Counted from the first letter of the stretch, positions 1-9,568 are shown. The stretch: 64,000 nt of DNA from Faecousia sp. (GCA_045611945.1 JAZKYA010000017.1:264-64263), one strand, 5' to 3'. Program-made: numbers and translations. Notes: generated by a model not told the origin, from the sequence alone.

Positions 1-66
1 CAGGAGTTGAGGGATTCGATTAAATCAATGTGTTGCCGCTACCGGGTTGTTGGATTTAGAGCGGTT
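1..66. repeat. tRNA-3'-end-like repeat, copy 1 (truncated by window edge)
   Basis: 62/66 identical to 741-806. It begins CAGGAGTTGAGGGATTCGA, 16/19 identical to the 3' end of the tRNA-Gln read on the + strand (1207-1225). Confidence 0.85.
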
Positions 67-154
67 TAAACCGCCCCACCACTACAAATTAAAAACCCAA
101 CCACAGATGCGGTTGGGTTATAAATGGCAGGATTGAACTAAAATATATAGAAAC

Positions 155-379
155 TTATTTTCTTTTAAAAGATACAGGTTTGTTGACAAGTCCAATTACA
201 TAGTCGGCTGAAAGCTCATAAAAACGACACAGTGTAATCAGATCATCGATTTTTAACTCTGCACGGCCACTTTCAATGTGATTATAACCCTGTTGGCTCT
301 TATTCAGCAACCGGCCGATTTCCGCCTGTGTCAGCTCCCGATCTTCCCGAATGTTACGAAGCCGCTCTCTGTAATCCAT
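155..379 (-). CDS. Xre/Cro-C1 helix-turn-helix transcriptional regulator (74 aa)
   Basis: RLRNIREDRELTQAEIG...YNHIESGRAE...LCRFYELSADYVIG. RBS GAGGAGGG precedes ATG at 379. Confidence 0.9.
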   Translation of the reverse strand: MDYRERLRNIREDRELTQAEIGRLLNKSQQGYNHIESGRAELKIDDLITLCRFYELSADYVIGLVNKPVSFKRK

Positions 380-418
380 AGTACCCTCCTCTAACTGTTG
401 ATGACAGCATCTTAGCAT

Positions 419-463
419 ACTCATAATTTGAGTGTTGACATTTACTCAATGTTTGAGTAAAAT
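419..463 (+). promoter_or_regulatory. sigma70/SigA promoter with two palindromic operators
   Basis: TTGACA(435-440)-17 nt-TAAAAT(458-463). ACTCA-N5-TGAGT occurs at 419-433 and 444-458. Confidence 0.8.
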
Positions 464-489
464 AATAAAGACAGCATGGAGGTATTTGT

Positions 490-750
490 ATGAGTAATCA
501 GTGTTGTGCTAATTGTTTCTATTATTTAAGGCATTATACATTTGATCAGCGCAAAATATTCCGTGTATATTGCGGTCATTGTACATTTTCCCGGCCAAAG
601 CAAAAGAGACCGGATGCAAAAGCCTGTGAGAATTATGTTGCAGGCACGGTAAAAGAAAACTCGTTTGTAACAAAGGAATATCTCAGTAAGGAGTTGCTGC
701 AATATATGCTCCGCCTGGAACTGCTCCCCGAAATAGAGGACGGGAGTTGA
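490..750 (+). CDS. small Cys-rich hypothetical protein (CxxC...CxxC...C)
   Basis: Consensus promoter and GGAGGT RBS upstream. The stop codon lies inside repeat copy 2. Confidence 0.75.
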   Translation: MSNQCCANCFYYLRHYTFDQRKIFRVYCGHCTFSRPKQKRPDAKACENYVAGTVKENSFVTKEYLSKELLQYMLRLELLPEIEDGS

Positions 751-816
751 GGGATTCGATTAAATCAATGTGTTTCCGCTACCGGATTATTGGATTTAGA
801 GCGGTTCGAATCCCTC
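741..816. repeat. tRNA-3'-end-like repeat, copy 2, with terminal inverted repeat
   Basis: Direct repeat of 1-66. GAGGGATTCGA(749-759) pairs with TCGAATCCCTC(806-816). Confidence 0.85.
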
Positions 817-832
817 TATCCGGGGTGGTATT

Positions 833-1047
833 TTCAGAGCGTCAAAAACCCCTGGCGTAGTAGGTACACCCAAGGCTCCCTCTGACGAGGGAGCTGTCGC
901 CGCAGGCGACTGAGGGAGAGAAAATGTTTGAATTTTACTGTAATTTCTTATATTATACAAACCTTTCATCCACATCTCTCCCCCCAGTCAGCTTCCCTGA
1001 CCCCTCGTCAGAGGGGGCTTGGTGCGTACCTTCTTCTTTGACAGTCT
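833..1047. mobile_element. MITE-like element carrying an inverted REP-like doublet
   Basis: Ends TTCAGAGCGTCAAAAA / TTTGACAGTCT. Internal inverted pair 862-920 (AGGTACACCCAAGGCTCCCTCTGACGAGGG) and 976-1031. Confidence 0.55.
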
Positions 1048-1073
1048 CCGCTTTGCGAAGCAAAGCTGCCGTT

Positions 1074-1165
1074 TCTTTTATCTCTTCACTCTTATCTTTT
1101 CTCTGGAAACGGCAATTTGCGTAAAGAGAGAAGAATGAAAAGAGAAAAGTGAAGAGAACAAAAAG
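1074..1165. repeat. 7-nt periodic pyrimidine/purine inverted tracts
   Basis: TCTTTTA TCTCTTC ACTCTTA TCTTTTC followed by complementary AG-rich heptamers. Confidence 0.5.
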
Positions 1166-1203
1166 AAACCACAACTTTCTTGCCGAAAATTGTCGTTTCT
1201 ATT

Positions 1204-1277
1204 TGGCAGAGGATGAGGGATTCGAACCCCCGCAAACGGAGTCAGAGTCCGGTGTGCTACCGTTACACAAATCCTCT
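1204..1277 (-). tRNA. tRNA-Gln(CTG)
   Basis: Reverse complement gives acceptor stem AGAGGAT/ATCCTCT, anticodon loop CT-CTG-AC, T loop GGTTCGAATCC and an encoded CCA. Confidence 0.97.
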
Positions 1278-1297
1278 ATATGCTTGGCACGGATATT

Positions 1298-1325
1298 ATT
1301 ATACGCGCCGCAAGAAAAAAGTCAA
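1298..1325 (-). promoter_or_regulatory. tRNA promoter
   Basis: TTGACT-16 nt-TATAAT on the minus strand, about 20 nt upstream of the tRNA. Confidence 0.7.
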
Positions 1326-1394
1326 GAAGTTTTTTCCTGTTTTTGCAGAAATTTTTCTCTTCCGCAGACATAGAATACCCACCGTCCGGGGAAA

Positions 1395-1943
1395 TTATTC
1401 TTCCCAGGGAAATGGTTTTTCTTTCAGAACGCAGCGGCGCAGATAGCGGAAAGTCTCCTTCTGACCCTGGTCACGGAGCATGGTCAGAATATACCCAAGC
1501 TGCTGCCGGGTATCCGGGTGCATCAGCTTCTTTTCGGCGCTTTTATCAAAGTAGATCAGCGCTGATGCGTCGGTATAGTTTTTTCCCTGGTAGGTCTTGC
1601 AGGCGGCGATCCGGTCCATGACCATCTCTACCAGATATTTTCTGGGCATGGGAACGGACTCATATACCCGGGTTTCCCGGTTCATATCCGTCCAGTATTC
1701 ATAGTGGTGGCGGTTGCGGCCCTTGTGGTGCATCCAGGCTTCGCTGTAACCCTTTTCCTCACGCTCGGCGGCGTTGGGACTGCGGTTGCCCTGAAAGTAG
1801 CGGGCGCCTACCAGAAATTCTGTGGGGGAGTATTTGGAAAGATCGTGGGTAAGGCCCTGCCAAATAAGGCCCACCCGGAAGCAGCCGTCCATGACCAGCA
1901 GCCTGTGATGGGTAATGGTTTTCAAATGATTCCAGAATTTCAT
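1395..1943 (-). CDS. DUF5662-like HD-type hypothetical protein
   Basis: HLKTITHHR...GLTHDLSKYSPTEF...AWMHHKGRNRHH...EMVMDRIAA. Start moved to MKFWNH. Confidence 0.75.
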   Translation of the reverse strand: MKFWNHLKTITHHRLLVMDGCFRVGLIWQGLTHDLSKYSPTEFLVGARYFQGNRSPNAAEREEKGYSEAWMHHKGRNRHHYEYWTDMNRETRVYESVPMPRKYLVEMVMDRIAACKTYQGKNYTDASALIYFDKSAEKKLMHPDTRQQLGYILTMLRDQGQKETFRYLRRCVLKEKPFPWEE

Positions 1944-1975
1944 AGCGTACTGCCCCCTTATATACACAGTATATA

Positions 1976-2359
1976 TCAAACCGGGGGAAAATGCAAGCCG
2001 GCCTTGGGATCGATCCGCTGCCATGGTCCGCTGTCCTTTTGCAGATAGTCGTGATAGATCTGGCGGTAGGTAGTATGCTCGCCGTCAGAGTAGTAGAGGG
2101 TAAAGGTGTAGCTGTCAGAACGGAAGGAATCCGGCTCGTATTCTGTTTTGACCCTTGGAGCGGTCAGGCGCAAGTAGGTCAAAATTGATTCCAGTTCGTC
2201 ATCACCGGTATAGACTTTTTCGGTGGATTGCCCATCATGGACAGTGGTGATCTGGATCTGTGTCACCACCCGGCTGGTATCGGTCTGGGTGGGTTCGGCG
2301 GCATGACCGGGACTGAGAAAAGAGGTCAGAAGGACCAGTAAAAAATGAATCAGGCGCAT
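1976..2359 (-). CDS. secreted hypothetical protein
   Basis: N-terminal signal peptide-like segment and GGAGG RBS. Confidence 0.65.
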   Translation of the reverse strand: MRLIHFLLVLLTSFLSPGHAAEPTQTDTSRVVTQIQITTVHDGQSTEKVYTGDDELESILTYLRLTAPRVKTEYEPDSFRSDSYTFTLYYSDGEHTTYRQIYHDYLQKDSGPWQRIDPKAGLHFPPV

Positions 2360-2475
2360 TTTCGGTTTCCTCCTTTGCTGTTAGCTTGTACCGCAGCAAA
2401 GGGATTATGGCCGGAAAAATGCAGAAAAATAACGAAAATAAACCTGCGCTGAAATTTTCAGCGCAGGTTCTGTAA

Positions 2476-3867
2476 TTACAGTTCGCAGTTGCCAACGGTT
2501 CTGGGGAAGGGGATCGCGTCTCGGATGTTCCCGATGCCGGTCAGGTACATGACGCAGCGCTCAAAGCCCAGGCCAAAGCCGGCATGACGGCAGGAGCCGT
2601 ACTTACGCAGGTCCATGTAGAAGCCGTAATCCTCGGGATTCATGCCCAGCTCTTCGATACGGGCCTTCAGAACCTTGTAGTTATCCTCACGCTGGCTGCC
2701 GCCGGTAATCTCGCCGACTCCGGGGACCAGGCAGTCCACGGCGGCAACGGTCTTTCCGTCGGGATTCAGCTTCATGTAGAATGCCTTGATGTCCTTGGGA
2801 TAGTCGGTAACGAACACAGGCTTCTTGAAGATGACTTCCGTCAGGTAGCGCTCATGCTCGGTCTGCAGGTCGCAGCCCCATTCTACCTTGTACTCAAAAT
2901 TGTCGTTGTGCTGCTGCAGCAGCTCCACAGCCTCGGTATAGGTGATGCGGCCGGACTGGTTGTTCAGCACATTGTTCAGCCGGTCCAGCAGGCCCTTATC
3001 CATAAACTGGTTGAAGAAAGCCATTTCCTCGGGAGCGTGCTCCAAAACATAGGAAATGATGTATTTCAGCATATCTTCCTCTACCCGGAGCAGATCGTCC
3101 AGATCGGCAAAAGTCACCTCCGGCTCGATCATCCAGAACCCGGCCGCGTGACGGGTAGTATTGGAATTTTCAGCACGGAAGGTGGGGCCGAAGGTGTAGA
3201 TGTTGCGGAAGGCCATGGCAAAGGTCTCGCCGTTGAGCTGGCCGGAAACAGTCAGGTTGGTGGGCTTGCCGTAGAAGTCCTGAGAGAAATCTACCTTGCC
3301 GTCCTCGGTCTTGGGGATGTTGTTCAGATCCAGCGTGGTGACCTGGAACATTTCGCCCGCGCCCTCGCAGTCAGAGCCGGTGATCAGGGGTGTGTGGACA
3401 TACACGAAGTCCCGGTCCTGGAAGAACTGGTGGATGGCCATAGCAGCCAGGCTGCGAACACGGAACACGGCCTGGAAGGTATTGGTCCGGGGACGCAGGT
3501 GGGTGATGGTACGCAAGAACTCCATGGTGTGGCGCTTGGGCTGCAGGGGATAGTCACCGGTGGAGGGGCCTTCTACCGTAATGGCGCTGGCCTGGATCTC
3601 AAAGGGCTGCTTGCCGTCGGGGGTCAGCTCCACCACGCCCTTGACGATCAGGGCGGCACCAATGTTGATCTTGGAAATTTCCTGGAAGTTTTCCAGGGAG
3701 TCGTTATAGACCACCTGAACGGGGGTGAAATAAGTACCGTCGTTCAGAACGATAAAACCAAACTGCTTACTGGGACGGCGGTTACGAACCCAGCCGCCGA
3801 TCTCTATTTCCCTGCCTGCGTAGGCAGCGGTGTTTTTGAAAAGCTCACGAACAGAAATCAGTTCCAT
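2476..3867 (-). CDS. asnS: asparagine--tRNA ligase
   Basis: OB-fold [44 protein letters not shown]. Confidence 0.97.
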   Translation of the reverse strand: MELISVRELFKNTAAYAGREIEIGGWVRNRRPSKQFGFIVLNDGTYFTPVQVVYNDSLENFQEISKINIGAALIVKGVVELTPDGKQPFEIQASAITVEGPSTGDYPLQPKRHTMEFLRTITHLRPRTNTFQAVFRVRSLAAMAIHQFFQDRDFVYVHTPLITGSDCEGAGEMFQVTTLDLNNIPKTEDGKVDFSQDFYGKPTNLTVSGQLNGETFAMAFRNIYTFGPTFRAENSNTTRHAAGFWMIEPEVTFADLDDLLRVEEDMLKYIISYVLEHAPEEMAFFNQFMDKGLLDRLNNVLNNQSGRITYTEAVELLQQHNDNFEYKVEWGCDLQTEHERYLTEVIFKKPVFVTDYPKDIKAFYMKLNPDGKTVAAVDCLVPGVGEITGGSQREDNYKVLKARIEELGMNPEDYGFYMDLRKYGSCRHAGFGLGFERCVMYLTGIGNIRDAIPFPRTVGNCEL

Positions 3868-4130
3868 GACACATTACCTCTCCTGATGATAATATAGAAA
3901 AGTATACGCCAATCCAGCGGATTTTACAAGAGGAAATATTCCGTTTTATGCACTTTTTCTAAAAAAACAGGAAAGACGCATTGCGTTTGCGTCCCCGGAG
4001 TGTTATAATCTTTCCCATCTCCATAGAAAATAAGAAAATCTTAAGGAACTTCGACAGTTGTCTTTATATTTTTGTTACAAACCAATGCTAGTATTGTTTT
4101 GGAATATGCGGTAAAGGAGTGTGCGCCCAT

Positions 4131-6029
4131 ATGGGAAAGAAGCACCGGTATTTGAAAGAGAAACCACGCGCAGCCTGGTCGATGCCCTTCTGGACTGTCC
4201 CGGCAGCGTTCTTCTTGATAGAGGTATTCGCCTTTGTATTTTTGCGGACCCAGGAACCGAACTGGTGGCCGCTGGCTTTCGGCCTGCTGTGGGCCGGAAT
4301 CCTGTTTGGACTGCTTCGGGCTTTGCCGGCGAAGGTAAGCAGGATATTGTTCGGTGTGCTGTATTTTGTGGCGGTTGCCTATACTGCCGCGGAAACCGGA
4401 TACTACATTATGTTCAGTCAGATGCTCTGGGTATCGGAATTCCGCTATGCTTCGGAAGGATCGGAATTCTTCGATGTGCTGCTCCAGTACCCAATCGGCT
4501 GGTGGCTGTTCCTGGCAGGGCTTATTGTCCTCGGCGTAGTGCTGGTATGGCGCTTTCCCTGGCGAAAGCACCAGTGGCAGCGCAGCGTGGCAGGCGGACT
4601 TGTCTGCGCGGCGTGTATCTGCGGCGCGGTGCTGCTGCCCCAAGCAGTATTTCAGCATGACCGGCAGATCCAGTACGCGGGCTCTGACTATGGCCGGGCC
4701 CAGTCGGCGGAGGCGGCCTATGAAAATATGTTTAATGCCCACAGGCTTTACCGGGTCTGCGGTATTTATCAGACGGCGGTAAAGGATGTATACCGGGAGT
4801 TTATTTACCCCATTCTGCCAGGCTATGCCCAGGCCCAGGCCCAGGCCCAGCAGCAGATCGACAGCTATTTCGAAAGCCGGGGCCAGCGGCAGGACAATAC
4901 CATGACCGGCATCTTTGAAGGCAAGAATGTGATCCTGGTACTGATGGAGTCTATGGACGATTTTGCTCTGGGTGAGCATACGCCTACCATCAACCGTCTG
5001 ATGGAGGAGGGTATCAGCTTTACCAATTTCTACACCCCCGGTTACGGCGGCGTGCGTACCTTCAATTCGGAGTTCTGCGGCAATACCGGCTCGTTTTTAA
5101 CGACCAGCGGCGGCTATGCCTTTGATTATATTACCAATGACTACCGGCAGTCTCTTGCCAATGTACTGCGGTCCGAGGGCTACAGCGCCAAGGTCTATCA
5201 TTACAATTCTCCCGATTTTTACAGCCGGGGCGTATTCTCTCCTGCCATGGGTTACGAGGAATATGTGTGTTACGAGGATTATGTGGAGGTAAAAACGGAT
5301 AAGGACCTCTACAGCGACCAGTTCCTGTTCGATGATACAGAGGTTGCGGATGATTTCTTCCGGGATGGTCCGAAGCTGAACTTTATCATCACCCGCTCTG
5401 CCCATCTCAGCTATAAGTACAATGAGGTGCTGAGCTATTACGCCTTAAAGCAGTATCCGCAGTTTCGTGGCATGACCGGTGACGAAGAGCTGGATTGCTT
5501 GTATGTAAAGGCCAAGCTGGTAGACGATATGTTCGCAAGGCTTTTGGAGGAATTGGAGGCCAATGGGGAACTGGAAAACACCGTGATCGTGGCCTATACG
5601 GACCACTATGCCTACGGTTTTAAAAATGAGGAGCTGATGTTGGAAGAGTCTGGCGTGGAGGATGTCCTGCTTCTGGAAAAGACGCCTTGCTTCATCTGGA
5701 GCGCTGACGGCCCAGATATGGAGGTGGAAAAAACACTGAATACTTCTGATCTGCTGCCCACTGTGCTGAACCTGCTGGGTGTGGATTCCCCCTATGAGTA
5801 TATCGGCCAGGATGCCTTTGATGACCGGTATGACGGTTATGCTCTGTTCCCCAACGGAAGCTGGGTCTGCGACGGTGTGGCTTACTCTGCCGCGTCGGGT
5901 AAGGTGTTCAGTCTGGAAGAGGGAAAGACTGCCGACCAGGCACGGATGGAAGCCATGGCCAAGTATGTTAATGACTTTGTCCGAATCAATAACCTGATTC
6001 TGGAAACCGACTATTACAAGAATCAATAA
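4131..6029 (+). CDS. LTA synthase / sulfatase-like membrane protein
   Basis: N-terminal TM helices, NVILVLMES, catalytic-Thr region GGVRTFNSEF, YTDH. Confidence 0.85.
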   Translation: MGKKHRYLKEKPRAAWSMPFWTVPAAFFLIEVFAFVFLRTQEPNWWPLAFGLLWAGILFGLLRALPAKVSRILFGVLYFVAVAYTAAETGYYIMFSQMLWVSEFRYASEGSEFFDVLLQYPIGWWLFLAGLIVLGVVLVWRFPWRKHQWQRSVAGGLVCAACICGAVLLPQAVFQHDRQIQYAGSDYGRAQSAEAAYENMFNAHRLYRVCGIYQTAVKDVYREFIYPILPGYAQAQAQAQQQIDSYFESRGQRQDNTMTGIFEGKNVILVLMESMDDFALGEHTPTINRLMEEGISFTNFYTPGYGGVRTFNSEFCGNTGSFLTTSGGYAFDYITNDYRQSLANVLRSEGYSAKVYHYNSPDFYSRGVFSPAMGYEEYVCYEDYVEVKTDKDLYSDQFLFDDTEVADDFFRDGPKLNFIITRSAHLSYKYNEVLSYYALKQYPQFRGMTGDEELDCLYVKAKLVDDMFARLLEELEANGELENTVIVAYTDHYAYGFKNEELMLEESGVEDVLLLEKTPCFIWSADGPDMEVEKTLNTSDLLPTVLNLLGVDSPYEYIGQDAFDDRYDGYALFPNGSWVCDGVAYSAASGKVFSLEEGKTADQARMEAMAKYVNDFVRINNLILETDYYKNQ

Positions 6030-6035
6030 CCAGCG

Positions 6036-6066
6036 GGCGCGGCAAAAGCCGCGCCTCCGGTTTTTT
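6036..6066 (+). terminator. intrinsic terminator
   Basis: GGCGCGGC-AAAA-GCCGCGCC followed by a T-run. Confidence 0.7.
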
Positions 6067-6151
6067 GGTTGTGAATGGTTGGAAAAAGAAATCTTTTCTT
6101 TTTCTCTGTTTCGTGGTATGATACCATCCGGTAATTGGAAAGGAGCGCGTT

Positions 6152-8302
6152 ATGAGAACCATTGCTGAGATCCTGGCCGAAGAACTGGGCCAGAAACTGG
6201 AATATGTTGAAAATGTAATTGCTTTGATGGACGAGGGAAATACCATCCCCTTTATTGCCCGCTACCGTAAGGAAATGCACGGCGCGATGGATGACACCGC
6301 CCTGCGTACCCTGGAGACCCGCCTGACCTATCTGCGGAATCTGCAGGCAAGACGGGATGAGGTGAAATCTGCCATTGAAGCCCAGGGCAAGCTGACAGAG
6401 GAATTATCCGCTGCCATTGATGTTGCCGCTACCCAGGCGGAGGTGGAGGACCTGTACCGTCCTTATAAGCAGAAGCGCCGCACCCGGGGCAGCGTAGCGA
6501 GGGAAAAGGGCCTGGAGCCTTTGGCGCAGGCAATCTTCCTTCAGGACGGCAGCGACCCAGCAGCACTTGCGGAAAATTATGTAAACCCGGAATTGGGGGT
6601 GGAAACGGTGGAGGACGCTCTGGCAGGCGCTTCCGACATTATTGCGGAGGACCTTTCTGACGACCCCGCCATCCGTAAAAGCCTTAGAGATTTGATGAAC
6701 CGCCGGGCGGTACTGACCTCCAAGGCTGCCGATCCGGAAAATGACAGTGTCTACCGGCTGTACTATGACTTCTCCGCTCCCATTTCCCGTTTGCAGGGTC
6801 ACCAGGTGTTGGCGCTGAACCGGGGTGAGAAGGAAGAATTTCTGAAGATCACCATCAGCTTGCCCGGCAACGAGGGCGCTGCCCTGGTATGCCGTCACGC
6901 CTTAAAGCCCGGCCTGACCATTTCCGCCTTTGTACGGGCGGCGGCAGAGGATGCCTATGAGCGGCTGATCCTGCCCTCTGTGCAGCGGGAGACCCGCAGC
7001 GACCTGACGGACATGGCCAGCCAGGGCGCGATCCACAATTTTGCCTTGAACTTAAAGCCCCTGCTGATGCAGCCGCCGGTGAAGGGCTTTGTGACCATGG
7101 GCCTGGACCCCGGTTACCGCAACGGCTGTAAGGTGGCTGTGGTGGACGGTACCGGCAAGGTGCTGGATACTAATGTGGTATATCCAACTTTCAGCCAGCG
7201 CAAGAAAGAGGAGGCCATTGAGATTTTGGGCCGTATGATGCGCCGCCATGGAGTCAGGCACATTGCCATCGGCAACGGCACTGCTTCCAGAGAGACAGAG
7301 GCCATGACCGTGGAGCTGCTCAGGAGCTTTCCCGATGCCAGCTACGCCATCGTCAACGAAGCCGGCGCGTCCGTATATTCCGCATCGCCTTTGGCAGCGG
7401 AGGAATTCCCGGAATTTGATGTGAATCTGCGCTCTGCTGTATCCATTGCCCGCCGTCTGCAGGACCCTTTGGCGGAGCTTGTCAAGATCGACCCCAAGGC
7501 CATCGGTGTTGGCCAGTACCAGCATGACTGCCACCAGAAGGAGCTGGATGCGGCTTTGGGCGCTGTGGTAGAGGACTGCGTCAATGCTGTAGGTGTTGAC
7601 CTCAATACCGCGTCCCAGAGCCTGCTCAGGCAGGTGTCCGGCCTGACCGCCGCCACTGCCAAAAATATCGTTGCTTACCGGGAGGAGAACGGTGTATTCA
7701 CATCCCGGACTCAGGTGAAGAAAGTGCCCAAGCTGGGACCCAAGGCCTTCCAGCAGTGCGCGGGTTTCCTGCGTGTTCCCGAAAGTAAAGAGATCCTGGA
7801 CAATACGGGCGTGCATCCGGAATCCTATGAAGCGGCCTATCAGCTTTTGAAGCTGTGCGGCTATGATAAGAAGGATATTCCCGGAAAACTCTCAGATCTG
7901 CCCCTGCGGATCGAGGAACTGGGAATCGGCAATCTTGCCCGGCAGTGCGGTGTAGGTGAACCGACCCTCCAGGATATCGCTAAGGAACTGCTAAAGCCAG
8001 GCCGTGACCCCCGTGATGAGCTGCCCGCGCCCATTTTGCGCAAGGATGTATTGGAGATGAAGGATTTAAAGCCCGGTATGGTGCTGACCGGTACGGTGCG
8101 CAATGTGATCGATTTCGGCGTGTTTGTGGATATCGGTGTTCACCAGGACGGCCTGGTGCATATCTCCCAGGTGGCAAACCGCCGCCTGCGCCATCCCAGC
8201 GAAGCGGTGAAGGTGGGCGATATTGTGAAGGTAGCGGTGCTGGAGGTGGATGAAAAGCGCCACCGCATCAGTCTGACTATGAAGAATATTCCCAAGGAAT
8301 AA
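6152..8302 (+). CDS. tex: Tex family RNA-binding transcriptional accessory protein
   Basis: EGNTIPFIARYRKE, GLDPGYRNGCK, NEAGASVYSAS, RRLQDPLAELVKI, C-terminal S1 domain. Confidence 0.95.
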   Translation: MRTIAEILAEELGQKLEYVENVIALMDEGNTIPFIARYRKEMHGAMDDTALRTLETRLTYLRNLQARRDEVKSAIEAQGKLTEELSAAIDVAATQAEVEDLYRPYKQKRRTRGSVAREKGLEPLAQAIFLQDGSDPAALAENYVNPELGVETVEDALAGASDIIAEDLSDDPAIRKSLRDLMNRRAVLTSKAADPENDSVYRLYYDFSAPISRLQGHQVLALNRGEKEEFLKITISLPGNEGAALVCRHALKPGLTISAFVRAAAEDAYERLILPSVQRETRSDLTDMASQGAIHNFALNLKPLLMQPPVKGFVTMGLDPGYRNGCKVAVVDGTGKVLDTNVVYPTFSQRKKEEAIEILGRMMRRHGVRHIAIGNGTASRETEAMTVELLRSFPDASYAIVNEAGASVYSASPLAAEEFPEFDVNLRSAVSIARRLQDPLAELVKIDPKAIGVGQYQHDCHQKELDAALGAVVEDCVNAVGVDLNTASQSLLRQVSGLTAATAKNIVAYREENGVFTSRTQVKKVPKLGPKAFQQCAGFLRVPESKEILDNTGVHPESYEAAYQLLKLCGYDKKDIPGKLSDLPLRIEELGIGNLARQCGVGEPTLQDIAKELLKPGRDPRDELPAPILRKDVLEMKDLKPGMVLTGTVRNVIDFGVFVDIGVHQDGLVHISQVANRRLRHPSEAVKVGDIVKVAVLEVDEKRHRISLTMKNIPKE

Positions 8303-8303
8303 A

Positions 8304-8329
8304 AAAGTGGCAGTGAAAACTGCCACTTT
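8304..8329. terminator. bidirectional terminator
   Basis: AAAGTGGCAGT/ACTGCCACTTT between convergent genes. Confidence 0.75.
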
Positions 8330-8331
8330 CT

Positions 8332-9483
8332 TTATTCCTTTGCCATGGCTATACGGCGCAGGACCTTCCCAAAGATCTGCCAGTAGGTCAGCCGGGGCAC
8401 GGCTTCTTTGGCGGTCATGGGGACCTGGGCCAGGACTTGCTCGCCGGCTTTGATGGTCATAGTTCCCACACGCTGTCCAAGGCTGACCGGGGCAGTGACG
8501 CTCTCATCCAGGGTCACCTCTGTGGAGATCAGGCCCTTTTGGGTTTTGTCGATCAGCAGTGCTGTTTCCTCACCGGGAATGGCGCTGACAGATCCTGCTG
8601 TGCCCAGCTTTACGGGAATGGAAGCCTCACTGTCAAGCTGAGGGGTCACCAGGGCAAAATTGGCAAACCCATAATCCAGCATGCTCTTACAGGCGGCGAA
8701 ACGGTCCTGGGAGGTTTCACAGCCCATGACCACCGCGATCAGCTCCATGCCGTCCCGCTGGGCTGAAGCGGAAAGACAGTAGCCCGCCCCGGAGGTAAAG
8801 CCGGTTTTCAGCCCTGTAGCGCCGTTATAAAACCGGACCAGCTTGTTGGTATTGGAAAGTCCAAAAGTCCCATCCCGGACGGTGTCCATCCATATCGTCG
8901 TAAACTGCTTGATGGCAGGATGGTTCTTTAACAGCTCCCGGCTCATAATGGCAATGTCATAGGCGGAGGTCAGATGGGCCTTGGCTTCTTCACTGTCATC
9001 CAGGCCGGTGCAGTTTACAAAGTGGGTATCGTTCATCCCCAGCTCCTTGGCCCTGCTGTTCATCAGCTCCACGAAAGCGGATTCTGACCCGGCCAGATGC
9101 TCCGCCATGGCGCAGGCGCAGTCATTGGCGGAGGAAACGGCGATGGATTTGACCATATCAGACACGCTCATGGTTTCTCCCACTTTCAGATACACCTGGC
9201 TTCCGCCTTTGGCAGCGGCGGATTCTGAGGTGGTGACCATGTCGTCCCAGCCAATCTTTCCGGAATCGATGGCTTCCATGATCAGCAGCATGGTCATGAC
9301 CTTGGTGACGGAAGCCGGTGCAAGGGACTCATGGGCGTTGTGTTCATACAGAACTGTGCCGGTAGCCACATCCATCAATAGGGCGCTTTTGCCTGCCACA
9401 TTCAGATCCACCGCCTCTGCCTGCAAGGGAAACACCCCTATCAGCAGCGCGCAAACCACCATCAACCATACCGTCCGCTTCAT
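8332..9483 (-). CDS. D-alanyl-D-alanine carboxypeptidase (S11, DacF-like)
   Basis: PASVTK (SxxK), SAND (SxN), KTG motifs and a signal peptide. Confidence 0.93.
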   Translation of the reverse strand: MKRTVWLMVVCALLIGVFPLQAEAVDLNVAGKSALLMDVATGTVLYEHNAHESLAPASVTKVMTMLLIMEAIDSGKIGWDDMVTTSESAAAKGGSQVYLKVGETMSVSDMVKSIAVSSANDCACAMAEHLAGSESAFVELMNSRAKELGMNDTHFVNCTGLDDSEEAKAHLTSAYDIAIMSRELLKNHPAIKQFTTIWMDTVRDGTFGLSNTNKLVRFYNGATGLKTGFTSGAGYCLSASAQRDGMELIAVVMGCETSQDRFAACKSMLDYGFANFALVTPQLDSEASIPVKLGTAGSVSAIPGEETALLIDKTQKGLISTEVTLDESVTAPVSLGQRVGTMTIKAGEQVLAQVPMTAKEAVPRLTYWQIFGKVLRRIAMAKE

Positions 9484-9541
9484 ACCGATCCCTCCAAACA
9501 TTAGTGCTATAGACTATGTGTGAGGATGTCCGAATATGAGA

Positions 9542-9568
9542 ACCGCCGCAGGGAAATCCTGCGGCGGT
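9542..9568 (-). terminator. terminator hairpin
   Basis: ACCGCCGCAGG/CCTGCGGCGGT just after the permease stop. Confidence 0.65.

Noticed and set aside
1-816. CRISPR array
   Set aside because: Only two long copies 740 nt apart with genes between them, and no cas genes.
741-816. Second tRNA gene
   Set aside because: Only T-arm/acceptor-like sequence; no D arm or anticodon arm, and no CCA in this copy.
924-1174. ORFs 924-1124 and 953-1174
   Set aside because: They overlap REP palindromes and low-complexity tracts and show no recognisable protein features.
2584-3897. Long antisense ORFs (also 16045-17334, 24771-26465, 31683-33293, 38006-39649, 46793-48046, 59942-61204)
   Set aside because: Shadow frames of well-supported genes caused by GC-rich codon bias.
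3868-4130. T-box riboswitch for asnS
   Set aside because: A promoter-like TTGTAA-17-TATACT lies about 35 nt from the start, leaving no room, and no T-box motif is seen.
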